Source of the DNA: Rhina ancylostomus
Taxonomy: Eukaryota
Length of the DNA stretch: 64,000 nt
Assembly: GCA_030265395.1 (NCBI GenBank)
Contig: JARFYF010000112.1
Span: 69,077,837 to 69,141,836 of the forward strand
Reading direction: 5' to 3'
Positions 37,461 through 51,225 of this stretch are shown here, in pieces (the stretch's first letter is position 1; the number at the start of each line of letters is the position of its first letter). The notes under the pieces are model-generated. The model searched no databases, was not told where the DNA came from, and worked only from the letters and a program-made list of their open reading frames with translations. The position numbers and the translations under genes were made by a program.

Positions 37461-38009
37461 CTGCAGTGAGAAAATGAGAGCGACGGTTTTAAGGGAAAAT
37501 CTTTAACGAAGCAGAGATTTAAACAACTTCACATGGTGCACCGTATAGTACAAATATGCTCAGGGGAGGAAAATCAAGTGATCAACATTACTGAAGGGCC
37601 AGAGAACTTGAGTAGACTGAAACAGAAAGGAAATGGCCGCAGAACCATTATTTTTGTCATAAAAGATGCATAAAAGACTAAACAATCAAATTACCCTAGG
37701 TAAAGTGAGGAACCTGAAATAGCAGGTGTTACTGAGACAGGACGAGAGAAAAGTCAACAGTGGAAAGTAAATACTGGAGCAAAATTAGAAAAAAAAGAAA
37801 AGCACAAGACCTGTCCTTTTGTCAAAGGGAAATCTGCTATACTGCTTTGGCAGCATGCAACATAAGATGTTTATTCCTTAGAAGGGCATTGAAAACAACC
37901 ATTAATGGAAGTGGAATTGAAGGAGTATCAAAATGAACAATGTAATCTTGTGGGAAAACTTCTGTTGACAGTCCCTGCTGTCCAACTGTGAAATTTTCAA
38001 ACTGGTAGT

Positions 38010-38150
38010 GAGCTATGATGCACCTCCTTACCCATTCTCCCCACATTCCCATCAACTCTCCTCCAGATTCTACCATTCATCTACATACTAAGGGAAATTT
38101 ATAGTGGCCAATTAACCTGCACAACTTTGGGATAAAGCAGAAATCCACAG
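38010..38150 (-). mobile_element. V-SINE fragment, reverse orientation
   Basis: cccattctccccacattcccatcaactc...ctacatactaagggaaatttatagtggccaattaacct is the reverse complement of the linker in the 18350-18410 and 44690-44772 copies. Confidence 0.65.
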
Positions 38151-38299
38151 GCAGCACATAGCCATCCATGTGCTTCTGAGACAAAACAATGGAGAAGTAC
38201 CACCAATGCTGTCTTCACTTAATCCTTCAACTATACTAGCATGATAAGTGAACCAGTGTCAGTATTCTCCTCCTAGGCCAACATCCCATGAAGACCCTA

Positions 38300-39372
38300 A
38301 TTACATTGTTCACCCCAGTGGGCAAGCTATAGTGATGTGTCAGAGTACAGGAACCAGAGAGATTAGTGACATGGTGTCATAACAACAACCTTTCCCTCAA
38401 TGTTAGCAAAACAAAAGAGCTGGTCATGACTTTAGGAAGGGGGGCAGTACACATGCTCCTGTCTACATCAATGGTGCTGAGGTTGAGAAGGTTGAGAGCT
38501 TCAAGTTCCTAGGAGTGAACATCACCAATAGGAACAAAAAGAGTTGTGCTCTTGTCCAACCACATAAGCGCCATGGTCAAGAAAGCTNNNNNNNNNNNNN
38601 NNNNNNNNNNNNNNNNNNNNNNNNNNNNNNNNNNNNNNNNNNNNNNNNNNNNNNNNNNNNNNNNNNNNNNNNNNNNNNNNNNNNNNNTAGGAACAAAAAG
38701 AGTTGTGCTCTTGTCCAACCACATAAGCGCCATGGTCAAGAAAGCTCACCAACGCCTCTACTTCCTTAAGACGCTAAAGAAATATGGCATGTCCCTGTCG
38801 ACCCTCACCAATTTTTATCAATGCACCATACAAAGCATCCTATCTGGATGCATCACAGCTTGGTATGGCAACTGCTCTGCCTGTGACTGCAAGACACTGC
38901 AGAGAGTTATGGACACAGCTCAGCACATCACGAAAACCAGCCTCCCCTCCATGGACTCTGCCTATACTTCTCGCTGCCTCGGTTAAAGCAGTCAGCAAAA
39001 TCAAAGACTCAACCCACCCTGGACATTCTCTGTTCTCTCCTCTCCCATCAGGCAGAAGATACAAAAACCTGAAAGCACACCACCAGGCTCAAGGACAGCT
39101 TCTACCCAGCAGTGATAAGACTATGGAACAGTTCTGTAGTACAATAAGATGGACTCTTGACCTCACAATCTACTTCCTTATGGCTTTGCATCTTATTGTC
39201 TACCTGCACTGCACTTTTTCTGTAGCTGTTACATTTTTTTTGCATTCTGTTATTGTTTTACCTTGTGCTACCTTGATGCACAGTGTAATCAATTTATCTG
39301 TATGAACGGTATGCAAGACAAGCTTTTCACTGTACCTTGGTGCATGTGACCATAATAAACCAATTCTAATTC
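38300..39372 (+). mobile_element. Rex1/Babar-clade LINE, 5'-truncated (~1 kb; RT C-terminus plus 3' UTR)
   Basis: NNLSLNVSKTKELV, PVYINGAEVEKVESFKFLGVNITN, KKAHQRLYFLK.LKKYGMS...NFYQCTIQSILSGCITAWYGNC...LQRVM.TAQHI (ORF 38546..38986) and DSTHPGHSLFSPLPSGRRY; 3' end aataaaccaattctaattct; frameshifted. Confidence 0.9.
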
Positions 39373-40727
39373 TTTTCTGAGCTCCATCACAGGAAGAGAT
39401 AATGAATGGGCGGAGGAAAAGACTTGAGGATGTTCTCAATTCCACTTTGAACATATGCAACAGCTCCACAAATCCCAGGAATTTGTCTCCTCTTAAATTC
39501 TGTGTAAATATGTACTTCTGTGATCTATTATCAGTCACTTTATATTTGTGTTGCTTAATTATTCACATTAAATCAGTTATTTTCACTTTTAATTTACTGT
39601 CCCACAAAATTAATGGTCCATTAGCACACTTTTCCCTTTCAGAGCTCAGGATAAGTGAGGGAAGGGGAGTACATATTTATCACCATCTGTCTGACATAAG
39701 GATTTCTTCTGCATCAAGTCCTTGTCATATTTTTATCAGCCTACTGAAGAAATAGCTGAAGTCACTCAATGAGCATATGTGGAATTTAAAAGGTGATTAA
39801 GGCTGCAATTTAAACTGAACATTTTGCTTGGGTCCATTGTAAACAAAAATATGGATCTGTCATCTCTCCTATGAAATGGAATTGCAGCAGGATTGACAAT
39901 GCTTAGCGTCAAAAGGGGTCCCTGGTTAAGCTGGTTCTCGGCCCTGTAATGAAAATAAACTATGTACATCCCACTTTACCTGGAGACACGAGGGACAGTG
40001 GGAATCATAATTATAGAGTTGAGGATTAATGCCAGAGTGATGTCATGCTTAGGTGGTATCAACTTGTTAGCAGCTGTATTACCATAACATCAAGGTTCAC
40101 TGATGTAAAGACTCCAAATTGAATTTTGCATATTATTTCTGTAATGACTACTGCAATGACTTCCTACCAGGTCAGAGCTAGTTGCAGACATTACAAGATT
40201 CACTGTACAGAAGCAATTCATCTCACATATTTCACTCTGGTGATGCCTGTTCGCTTCTATAAAATTCAAGTATTCTTTATATACTGTTGAGCATATGCTG
40301 TGAGTCTTTACTGTTAGAGGATTTGATCCATCAGTAAAGACACCCAAGGGTTTGGCAAAACTGGGTTAGCAAGTGCAGAGGGTTAACACAAGATTTCAGG
40401 GAGTTTGAGGGAATGCCTGAAGAAAGGAGCATAGTGACCAAACCTGACAAATATGTGTGGAGAACAAGCAGTTATTCACTGTCACAAGAGATGTGATTGC
40501 ACATCCAAGTGGATTTAGGTTGCTTGTGTTAGACTATGGAGGTACTTGGGAAAGATGAGGAAGGAGACTGAAGTGCTTGTGTAATTATATGAAGCTTGAC
40601 AAAGTCAACTCTCATCAATATATGAAGCTGTCATGTCATCTTCTCCCATTCAGATGGAGTCAATGGAAGATGGATATTTTTCCTGTGGGTTGGTAATATA
40701 CCACAAAAATTCTTTTAACAATGTTAC

Positions 40728-40855
40728 CTGTAAGATAGTCAAGACTCTCTAGTAACTTCTTTTCTCTTGTAAAATCCAGAGTAAAATTTTCAAAGGCTTC
40801 ATTCAAATTGATATCTGGGATTAAGACTTGAGATGATGCTGTTGCCATAGCAACC
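40728..40855 (-). CDS. MID2: MID2 coding exon (COS box), 128 nt, (R)[42 protein letters not shown](A)
   Basis: Acceptor ttttgcAG and donor CAG|GTaaca; phase 2-1. Overlaps ORF 40660..40878; COS-box LDYL motif. Confidence 0.96.
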
Positions 40856-43351
40856 CTGCAAAACACAAAGACCATCAAGAATTGTATAATATTGAAAGTA
40901 TCTTACACAAAGCAAGTATTTTTTTCATGTAAAACACAGCATAACATTTTATGCTTGCTGTTTTTATCCTTTTCACAATAATGAGAAAACTAACCAGTAT
41001 TATTGCATTTTCAACTGCTGACAGTTAGTTGTGTTTGCTATTTTTCCATCTCTCATGGACATTGACTTATTTTGGGATGCAGCAATGTAAGACTTGTACC
41101 ACCAACTCTCCATATGTGGAACTGAATTAACATAGCAAGACACTGTGAGGAGCCTGCATATATTAGCAGGCAACATTTTCAATGGAATAGATCTTTCAAC
41201 AAGGCACCAGTACTTGTCTGAATTTACCTGCATTTGTGCAAAGGTTATTAGAAGGTCATAGGATGCTGGAATAATGGAGTTCATGCCTTCAACAAATGTG
41301 CCAAAGGGAGTCAGACCATATCAGTGCAAAAGCTTGATCCTGTTCACCAGGTCACAAGACACAAAAAAAAACTCGGGACTGATTCCAGTTGTGAAGGAAG
41401 TGATTTTTGTTTTAAAAGGACATTTGAAAACCTAAGCACTACAGTTCAGAAATTTTTTTTGATTCAAACTGGGGTATATATTAAATCCCATAAGGTAACC
41501 AGGGTATTACTTCTAATTTCTGGTTTATCACAAATTAAGTAGAAATTAAGGTTAGTAAAATATAAATTTTTAAATTGGTATGATTTTAAAAAGTTATTTA
41601 ATTATGAAATGTTTATAATAAATGCACAAGCATAAAGGTAAGATAAATTGACAAATGAATTGGATTCTGTTATGGGTGCATTGCATACTGGAGATATTAA
41701 ATTCAACCAGCTGAAGACCTTTCCTTGCAATTATTTTTTACTGAATTTTTTTGTGGTTATAGAATCACTAGCTGAGGTATAATTCCCTTCAATGAGGAAT
41801 CTAACCAGCATTGAGTGCTAAGGAATGCAAGCAGGTCTGGAGGTTTTTGAAGTCAATTCTCTAGAGCTGCTTATATACATAAGCGGTGGAAAAATCATGG
41901 TTCCTTTCTGTTCAGTGACGGTCTGTCCTGTAGGCATTAGCATTGCTGCAGCCCAGTCCCTGAGTTATTGAGATACTGTCTGCTTGATTTAATCAACTAC
42001 AAACTATTCAATTTTCACAGAAAGTTTCCCATAAAACCAAAGGTTCAAATTTTTCGATAGGCATTTCAACTGCTTTTTCTTTTAAGGACGCCTTCAACTC
42101 CTGGAATGGTTAATTCCAAACATTCTTTGCTGTATTCACTTGGCCTACTTGGGATTGATACTGCAGTAGACTTGATGTGGAGTGTTTTTGTAATGTCCTA
42201 AATTTCCATTACCATTTTAAATTTCAAGTGGGTCATGTGTCTTGGCCAAAGTAACTGATCTCACTTGGCAATGGTAGCATTTACTATTGCTGGGTGCATG
42301 AAGAATTGAGACTAATACCAGGAATATCTCTCCTGAAATCACTCCACTCTTGATTTAAAAATTGCAGCTTTGTCTGTGTTTGGAGAAGGCAGACCTCATT
42401 CAGAAAAGATGACATCTTGGGTTACATGTACTCCTAGCTCTCCACATAAGAAGAATCAGTTAAAGGATGAAACTGTTAGCCAACTGACACTTGTGGAACT
42501 AACTCCCATCAGTGGGAAAGGACAAACAGAAAAATAAAGGTATCATTAATAAATGTGTTGTAACCAATTCAATCAGAACTGTATCACCAGTTTTGCTTTT
42601 GTTACAGAAGAATTGAAGTTGGTTATGTTGCTCTTTGTGATCTCTTATCTGTTAAATTTCCTTTCCTAATCTTATAACCTAACTATCAGTTGATTATTAT
42701 TAAGTCCCTAAAAGGTTATTTAATCCTTACATATTCTAAATTCCATTCCATTTATTCCATTCTATAACCCTCTGCAGATTCATGAGATGGTTTATATTGG
42801 AAAACCTTTTTATTAAATGAGTCCTTCAAAACAAATCTTGTATGAAATTCTTCCAATAGCTCAATGGCTATGCATTGCTAAGTATGGGACATGAGCCAAG
42901 ATGAGACACTGCCTAAGGATCAATCTCGGACCTGAGCAGAACTAACAGATGTCAGTTGGGGTTGGATTAAAGATGTTGTAATCGACATCAATACTTTTCA
43001 GCCAGGGAAGGAAAAGTCCGAGCAAGGATTTCTCCTTCTGATCATCTTCAGTTGATTTTGGGAAAGTAGGTGCAACATTAATTTTGATTCTAATGCACCC
43101 TAAAGAAAATTAAGCCTCCTGTTGTTCTCAATTTAAGCTGACACTTCAGTGGCTACTTGGGTAACATAATCAGGGATGGGTGATGCCTGTGGATCTGTAA
43201 CAAAGCACAACTGCATTCTTCAAGAAAGGAGATGGGAAGCTAGTGAGGGGAATTATGCTTTTTAATGTCTATGGGGAGTTGTTTATTGTTTAATACTTTC
43301 ATTCTATCTCACATCAACTATATCCAATATTTCTAGTAATGTCTGGTTCAC

Positions 43352-43500
43352 CTTTCTGTTACATTTTTTGCTGTTTGCAAGAAGCGCGCATGATCATTTT
43401 CCTTCAGGCTTTGTTCCGCTTGACTGATGAGAGAACCTGACCGCTCCAAGCACTGCCGGCAGTTTGCTATTTGCTGTGCTAGTTTCCTCAACTTCATAAC
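43352..43500 (-). CDS. MID2: MID2 coding exon (coiled coil/COS start), 149 nt, [49 protein letters not shown](R)
   Basis: Acceptor ctgttcaAG and donor AAG|GTgaac; phase 0-2. [18 protein letters not shown] and LKEND.ARFLQ motifs of the MID family. Confidence 0.95.
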
Positions 43501-44529
43501 CTTGAACAGGAGCAGATAGAAAGAAAATAAATATGAGTCTCAAAAGTCAAGAAAGCAGGTTCATTTATCAAGGCATATAATATGCTTCTGAAGAAGCCAC
43601 ACAGCACTTTATTCATATTTTGATTGCTTATGTTGAAAGTCTGTTTGTTATAAAACCACAGAAGCGTGAATTCAAATTCTGCATGTTCAAATTTTCCAGC
43701 CATTAAAATGTTTGGATGGGAAATCAATGGGTCATGAGCACAGTTGAAAGCTCTATCTGATGATTTGAAATGGGAAGTTAAAAATCACCAGTCCTGAAAT
43801 AGATTAGGTAATAAATTAATTTAAAAGTCTCTACAATTAGTCTTGAGGCTTCTAGACTTGAAAGAGCTGTTTTAAAGGAATTTTGACAGACTTGACACTT
43901 CTGAGCAAATGATGGCCATACTTAATAGTGATCCTTGCACCTACCTCTGTCAATCAGTTGGAGATTAAGCAATGCCAGCAGTGGGTGAGCAACTCTGGAG
44001 AGCAAGTAATTAATTTGTAGGATTTGCCTGTAAAGAATTGCCATTAAAAGAGGACTAATCTGCACACCTGGCTGTAGAACAAGTGACACTGATGCTGAAC
44101 ATAAAGAGATTCTGCTTATTATCTGAGTTCACTGCTGTAACAGACTTCAAATGTAATAGTTCTTAAATTACTGTCTTTTAAGGGTACGTAAGCAGTGGTT
44201 AATGTACTTCAGTAATTGATTCTTGCTCTCGGGGGAACACTTCTGCAAGTCAAAGAATTTTTTTTACAGTATTGTTGAAGTAATTGCTTCATTATTGCAT
44301 TAAACAGCCCCTTCACGATGGGGTAGATATGGATTATTGTAAAAAGAAAACTCCAGTGCAGTATGTCAAAATCCTGTTGGGAGATTGTAATGTGTATATT
44401 CAAGACTAAAATTACCCATGGTCACAAATTACAACACAATTGGTTCAGTCCAAAGATACCAGTTGGGTTCTGTGTAGGGAACAACATTTTAAATGGCCCA
44501 ACTCAGTCATTCCAGATGCCCAGTAGACA

Positions 44530-45150
44530 CAATGTTCACAGCTAGTAGAACTACTGGCTCAAAGATCCAGCGACCCGATTGAATCCTGTCTGTGTGGAGT
44601 TTGCTGGTGCTGTCTGTGTGGAGTTTGCACATGACCGTGTGAGTTTCCTCTGAGTACTGTAGTTTCCTTCCACGTTTCAGACATGCGTTGGTAAATTAAT
44701 TAGTCATTGTAAATTGCCTAGTGTGTAGGTGACCAATAGAATATGGGGCTACTGATGAGAGAATGTGGGGAGAATTTTATTAGTCACATGTACATTAAAA
44801 CACACTGAAATGCATCCTGTGCGTAGAGTATTTTGGCGGCAGCCCCCAAGTGTAGCCATGCTTCTGGCGCCAACACAGCATGTCCACAACTTCCTAACCC
44901 GTAAGTCTGTGGAATGTGGGAGGAAACAGGAGCACCTGGAGGAAACCCATGTAGACACGGGGAGAACGTACAAACTCCTTACAGGCAATGGCTGGAATTG
45001 AACCTGGGTCACTGGCATTGTAAAGTGTTATGCTAACCGCTATGCTACCGTGCCTGCCCAAATGGGATTGGTGTAGAATCAGTGTGAATGGATACTTGAT
45101 TGTTGGTATGTACTCAGTGGGCTGAAGAGCTGCATGATCCCATGACCTCT
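44530..45150 (+). mobile_element. V-SINE (outer) split by a nested inverted SINE
   Basis: Head and V-domain at 44530-44772; tail resumes at ~45061 (aatgggattggtgtag...gtgggctgaagagc). Confidence 0.75.
44775..45060 (-). mobile_element. Full-length V-SINE with Rex1-like tail, nested in another SINE
   Basis: Reverse complement reads ggcacggtagcatagcggttagc...ggttcaattcc...ctgtaaggagtttgtacgttctcccc...gcatttcagtgtgttttaatgtacatgtgactaataaa. Confidence 0.85.
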
Positions 45151-47020
45151 AAGGAGTAAAGTAATGCTACCAAGCCAATGGCAATGGTGGGAATGGTGGT
45201 TATTGCTCACTTCTTTAAAAATTATGATAAGTCCACCCCATCCTCATCAGTTGGGGGCTGCTGTAAAGATGCCAGGTTTGATCCCCGTGCTGTGCTAAGT
45301 TAACTGTCAATCCATACCCAAATATTTAATGAATGCTTTTCTTCCGCCAAGCTCCAACAGGCCTCCTCAATTATTTCTAAAACTTCCTATTTCACTTCTT
45401 TATCTAGCCTTTTCCTTATATCTCTGGAATACTTTATTGATGAGACTAATATTAATAAATATTTTGTTGACCAAATTAGATATTAATATAACAAATTCAG
45501 TTGCTACAGAATTAACAGTTTGCAGAAACTTAGAGGTGATTTATTCACAATTCCTAAACACCACAGGATCATGCCACAAGCCTTTAATGACAGCATCATA
45601 TCTGGGGATGGGGCTTGAAGAAGCAGAATTGCTTGGATTTTGCCAATACATATTTTAATAACTTCCTGCTTTTCCTTAGAAACAGGAAACTTTTTTCCAT
45701 AAATATCATTCTATAGTTTATGCCAGGGTGGTCCTATCCCACCTTCCCCCTGCTGCTCCTAAGCAAAAAGGCTCTGCCCATCAGATGGACCAGGTCTTGC
45801 AATTGGAATACTGTCCAACTCATTCTATCAGATACAAAAGTAAAACCTGACCACTGAATGCCAATCTACCAATTATGTTATTTGAGGGCATCAACTAGAT
45901 TTTCTAAATGTCCTTATTGGCAAACTGATGTATTTACTCCATTGTGGATCGAGGATTTGTATGATCCCAATTCAACTGTTGATGTGAAGGATAAAAATTC
46001 TGAGGTCCCATTTTCTGCAGAATCCAAAGACCTGTTATGTATCTGCATCTTGCTAACCAAAATTACCTTGTATTTTATCTCTGAGTGCATCTGGCTTAGT
46101 AAATTTCATGAGTAACTTAATACTAAGGTTTGCGATCAATAGTCTTATTTTCTTTCAAAGGCAGGGAAAGCTCTTGTAACATTTTCCATCGTTGCAACCT
46201 GCAACAGCAGATGCTGTGACACCAAGAGCATCAATGCATTGAGCAATAATTAGTCATTCTCTCACCAGTGGACGAGGTGTCTAGTTTTAATGAAAATGGC
46301 ATTATGATTTTTTTTCACTGACATTTCCTCTTTAGTGGCTCAATACTTACTGTATTTGTCACTTTTTTGAGAACTTTAAATATTGTTCTGGATATAGTGT
46401 AGAGATGCATGTTGGCCATCTTGTAGACTTTAGGATTAATGGTACAACTTAATATGTAGAGCAACAGGTCATGATAAATGGGAGGAATTGAAATGCAAAA
46501 AGAAAGACACAGCAATACTAAAAGTGCTTATTGCAAAGAAATATGTTACTGTAATGGCATCATCTATTACTGTAATAGTTAATTCTTTAGCTGGTGGATA
46601 TATAAAATATTTGTAAATACAGTTTGTTCTTTAAAACCCTGGGAATGATTTGGTAAGAAAATCTTGTTTAATGGGTATGGTTTTGGAGTAAACACAAACA
46701 ATTGTTTTCATAGAATTAGTGGAATAGATATGATTTGAGGCTGTAGTTGTGATGCACAGCTTTTTGATAAAGGTGTGTAAGTGGGCTTGACATTCAACAG
46801 TTCTTAAGGCCTGGAGAAAAGAATAAAGCTAAAAGTCCCTCTTGTCTACTTGAGCTGATCACTCAAAATGATCCTGAATAAACTCTGCTCCATTTACTAC
46901 ACTGTAAACATGTGTTGATTTGAAGAGTGTTGTTTTCATCCTTAGAAAGAAACAGTCTGATTACCAATAGCCTGCCCTCTGACATATTTATTTAGGCAAT
47001 TCACACAGAAAAAAGCTTAC

Positions 47021-47128
47021 CTTTCCTTCTTTTATTTTCACAGCAATGATCTGCTTCCTTTGTCTGATAATGTCCATCAGCTCATCGCATTCCTCTTTCA
47101 GTTTGTTCTCTTGTATTGCGGTGTTAAC
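47021..47128 (-). CDS. MID2: MID2 coding exon (coiled coil), 108 nt, [36 protein letters not shown]
   Basis: Acceptor tgacAG and donor AAG|GTaagc; phase 0-0. VNTA...EECDEL...IAVKIKE is MID2-like. Confidence 0.95.
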
Positions 47129-50100
47129 CTGTCAGCAAGTATCAGTAGAGCTCTTATCATCCATTCTTATAGAAATCATTGACTTTCAGTCGGGTACTTT
47201 TGGCCTTGCTACAAGCTCAGAGGTAAGATGGAAGTAGATCAATAACCTCTGCTTATATCTATTATTCAGTTCTGCTGCTATGCTTTACGTATTATCTGTG
47301 TATTGTTCCTTTTGAGTGTGATGAGATATCACCACTTTGCTGGATAGGATTCAGCTCCATTACCACCTGGAGCTCAATACTTACTTACAACATAATAATC
47401 CACTTGATCAGTACTCCTAGATTAGCTTAAATATTAATTCCTGGACAATGATAATGAAACTGTGCAGCAACTTGCTATCCCTTTTTGACAACACCTCTCA
47501 AGCCTGTGATTGCTTATAGAGCGCATAGAAGATCAAAGGCACAAAGTGCAAAATGACATTATTTGAGTTGCCCTTTAAGCCAATTAATGTTCTTACTTGA
47601 ACACTGAACCAAAATCCTGGAAGCTCCCACCAAACAATGATGTTACCACATGCTGTGAAATGGTGCAGATGACTCATTACCAACATCTACAAATAAATGG
47701 ACACTGACGTGCAGTTCCTGAACGAATTTTTTTAAAAATGCAGCTCGGGCCAGGTAGCATTTGTACTGAGCAGTTCTACACACAAAGCATAATGTTTCTT
47801 GAATTGGAAAAGCACAATTATTCTTTTACCCTATACTTCAGGTGAATGCTGCACAATACAAGCATTGTTCAGTTATAGCACACAGTAAGAAAAACTTGTC
47901 AAGTCTTATACCCTTCTCCTATATCAGTGTGACAATAATTAATTTCCTATAATAATCATCCTGTGGCCTGAAGGAGAGATTTGGGGATGAAAATTGTGTC
48001 ATTCTTACTCTGCAGATACATGTGTACTGGGAACTGGATTGGTAGTATTAAAATCCAATTTCAAGTAGCATCCTTACAGGTTCTACTTAAGAAAAATGTT
48101 CCATCTATTCATATACATTGAATTTTCACCTCCCAGAACTTTGATTCAAAGCATCTTCAACAATCTTGCCAGTTAAATTTTAATTGCCTTGTGTATTAAC
48201 TTGCATCGAGCAAATACTTGATTGTTAAATTAGCCTATCCATTACCTGCAGAAATTCTGCAATAACTTCTGAGTTTTACCTATCTATATTTTAGGTAAGT
48301 TGAATAGCTGCCAGTAAGCAGCCAGATTTCACAAAGAAGCTGTCACAATGTACTGCAGAGGTCCTGGTGAATCTAATGGCATTGCAACAAGTAGAGATTA
48401 TGGAATCTAGTGGCGTGCTAACATAAAGATGATCTTTTAAAATCCTACTGTGGTGAAAGAGAATCTAATCATTTATTGTGGTTAATATAGGAAAAATGAT
48501 CATGAATTCAGCTGCAAGATTGTGGTAATGCAATCCACAATCAAGCAGCCTTCACTATATTAAATAAAAGTTGCTGCTCTGTTATCAGTACTAAATGTCT
48601 TGTTACTCCCGGGAATCCAGTGGAGATACTGTTTCATTGCGCTGGGGTGATCCTAGCATTGTTTTTCTGGATAGCAAATTCCCTTTTGTTTTTGCTACAG
48701 GCTCAAACACCATAATTCTTAGCCTGGCTGCCAACCTCAGGCAACTGGCCATGAGGTTTTCACTGCCATGCTCCACACCCACCATCTTGGGGCAACTCTG
48801 TCCTAAAGCAGTTCCACCAGCTGAGGTGATGCTTTCCACTTTACGAGCACTTGCCATGGCACCTGATTGCGGAGACTTTGGGCTATCACCTATTTTATGT
48901 GCGATACCTGCACAAAGCTCTGGATTCCTGATTATAACACCTGATGCACTGTGGAATAATGCTTCCCTGTGGTTCTTTGCACAGCANNNNNNNNNNNNNN
49001 NNNNNNNNNNNNNNNNNNNNNNNNNNNNNNNNNNNNNNNNNNNNNNNNNNNNNNNNNNNNNNNNNNNNNNNNNNNNNNNNNNNNNNAGCACTGATTCAAC
49101 ATATTTTCAGATGAAGAAACGTTTCTAGGACTTGCTTTCACCTTGATCGTAACCTACTCCTCTCTGAATTACGTCCAAAGGAGGAGGAATAGGATGCAAA
49201 TCAGGCCCTGTTCCATGTCCCAGTTGGAAATCCATTGAAGGTCCATTGTGATCCCATCTCAAATTAAATATTTCATCTAAACTCATTGTCCAGTGCAACA
49301 CATGAAGAATAATCACTTGGTAAGGCCACTACTGTGGAAAGCTATTTTAGCTTCAGTTTTTGCCTTTTGAAAAAGAGAGTGATATGAAGGTAATAGGCAT
49401 GTCAAGTATATATTTTGATACGTGACAGCACTTCTCCTCAAATACTCATGGATGGAGCAGCTCATGTTCCATATCAGTTAATTAAAAAAGAAAACTCTTC
49501 TCATTGATAAATCCTTTTAGGAGGGAGAGAAGTTGTGTACTTTTTGCGGCAATAACAGCATGTGCAGGTGACACAAAGTTACATTGTGATTTCTCATGGT
49601 TATAAGCAGACAGAAACAAAATGTCATCTAGTTTCTTCTGAAGGCTTTGCTCTTTGTAAAATACTGCCTGAGGATTGTTGGTTCATTAGCCTCAGTAGGC
49701 ACTGCACAAACCCTGCTGAGGTAAGGCAGGAAAAGTACTAAAGCAGACTGACACAAGTGGCTGGCCTCAGATGGACCCCAGATGTGCTGACTTTGACAGG
49801 GGGAGGGTTGGGTACAGACTCCATTGGCACACAAGGACAAGGCAACAGAAACATCACATTCATGTAAGGGGCCTTGAACTTTGGTCTAGCAGTAAACAAT
49901 GTTGTTATTTAACTAAATAATTCTTTGTATGTCTACTGATGAAGCTGGAAAAGCAAAACGTTCCTCTTTCATTAAGCTAATGATATATATTCTGAGGGCT
50001 TGGTGGTTGAGAAGATAAGCAACAATAATAGAAGTGTATTTTATTAGAAACAAAAGCACAGGCCTTTCTCAGCAATAGAGTGAGTCTCAATAGGCAGCTA

Positions 50101-50989
50101 TAAACCTCAACAGGTCAATTTATTTTGTGAACTCTGATGTCAGAAATATTTATGACAGTTACAGTAAAATAGAAGTAGTCTCATTTATCCGTTCTGTAAG
50201 CTCTGTGAGCTGCTTGCCTTTTCAATTCCTTTCCCAGATTTGGTTTGTAGTTTCTCTGTCAAATTCTGTTATTTTTTGATAACACACTTTATTCAATATT
50301 TTTGTTCCAAGAGAAAGAATGAGTCTTCATGTTATTCATAATGTCATTACACTTCGGTGCCATGATTGAATTTCCCTGATGTGTATTTATATTGCACAGC
50401 AAATTAAAGAGGGAACTTTAATGAGATCTTTGGCAGAGATATTGATNNNNNAATAGATGGTTTGAGATATGAGACAGACTATGAAGTGAGTTTTGGGATT
50501 GCTATTATCTATTTGGTTCAGAATCATTACCATTATTCTACTTCAATGAATGAAATATTTTTAAGCACAAGCATTCCAAGATCACAAACATTGGTTAGAT
50601 AAAAGGATAAGGCTTTCTCCTGAGAATTTTGAGATCTTGGGGAGCATGGTATAAAAGTGAAACACCCTTTGCACTGTCCCATAATGCATTCTCAATCAGC
50701 AGAGGAAGATTGCATCTTCATCCCTTAGCCTGTTTGGACTGAATCCACTTCCAAGCTCTCAGGTGGGCTTTTATCAATTGAACCAGTACTGACTGAACGT
50801 TTTGGAAATAAGGAATCAAGGGTTATCCTTTTATAAATGACATGATAATAAGGTTCTTCTTATACTACTACATTCCTCACTTGGAATATGTCCTATTGTC
50901 TGTTAGTCCTACACTCAAATTGCTGTCAGCAATTGTGTGACATTTCATTCTCAGCCTTGCTGAGACTACACTGTCATTTGAGATTGAGT

Positions 50990-51225
50990 TGGTATGGCAC
51001 GGTGGCATTATGCCTCACCGCTTCAGCAGCCTGGGTTTGATCCTGACCTCAGGTTCTCTAGTTTCGTCCCACATGAAGGGAAGATTTACAAGGGAGATGT
51101 TGGGCATGTATGACAGAGTAAGTTGCAGGGGTACAGGAAAATAGAAATGAATGGGACCAATTGGATTGCTCCCAGAGAACTGGGTTGGACATGATGGGCT
51201 GAATGGCCTCTTTCTGTGTCATTAT
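50990..51225 (+). mobile_element. Internally deleted V-SINE
   Basis: ggcacggtggc...ctgggtttgatcctgacctc...ctagtttcgtcccacat...gacatgatgggctgaatggcctc. Confidence 0.65.

Noticed and set aside
38529-38747. 59-bp exact direct repeat on both sides of a 100-N gap inside the Rex1 element
   Set aside because: Identical sequence abutting both gap edges is the signature of unmerged overlapping contig ends, so it is an assembly artefact rather than a biological duplication.
48595-49128. Bidirectional 160-177 aa ORFs
   Set aside because: They are partly gap-filled and have no recognisable motif. The sequence is likely an unclassified decayed repeat in the MID2 intron.
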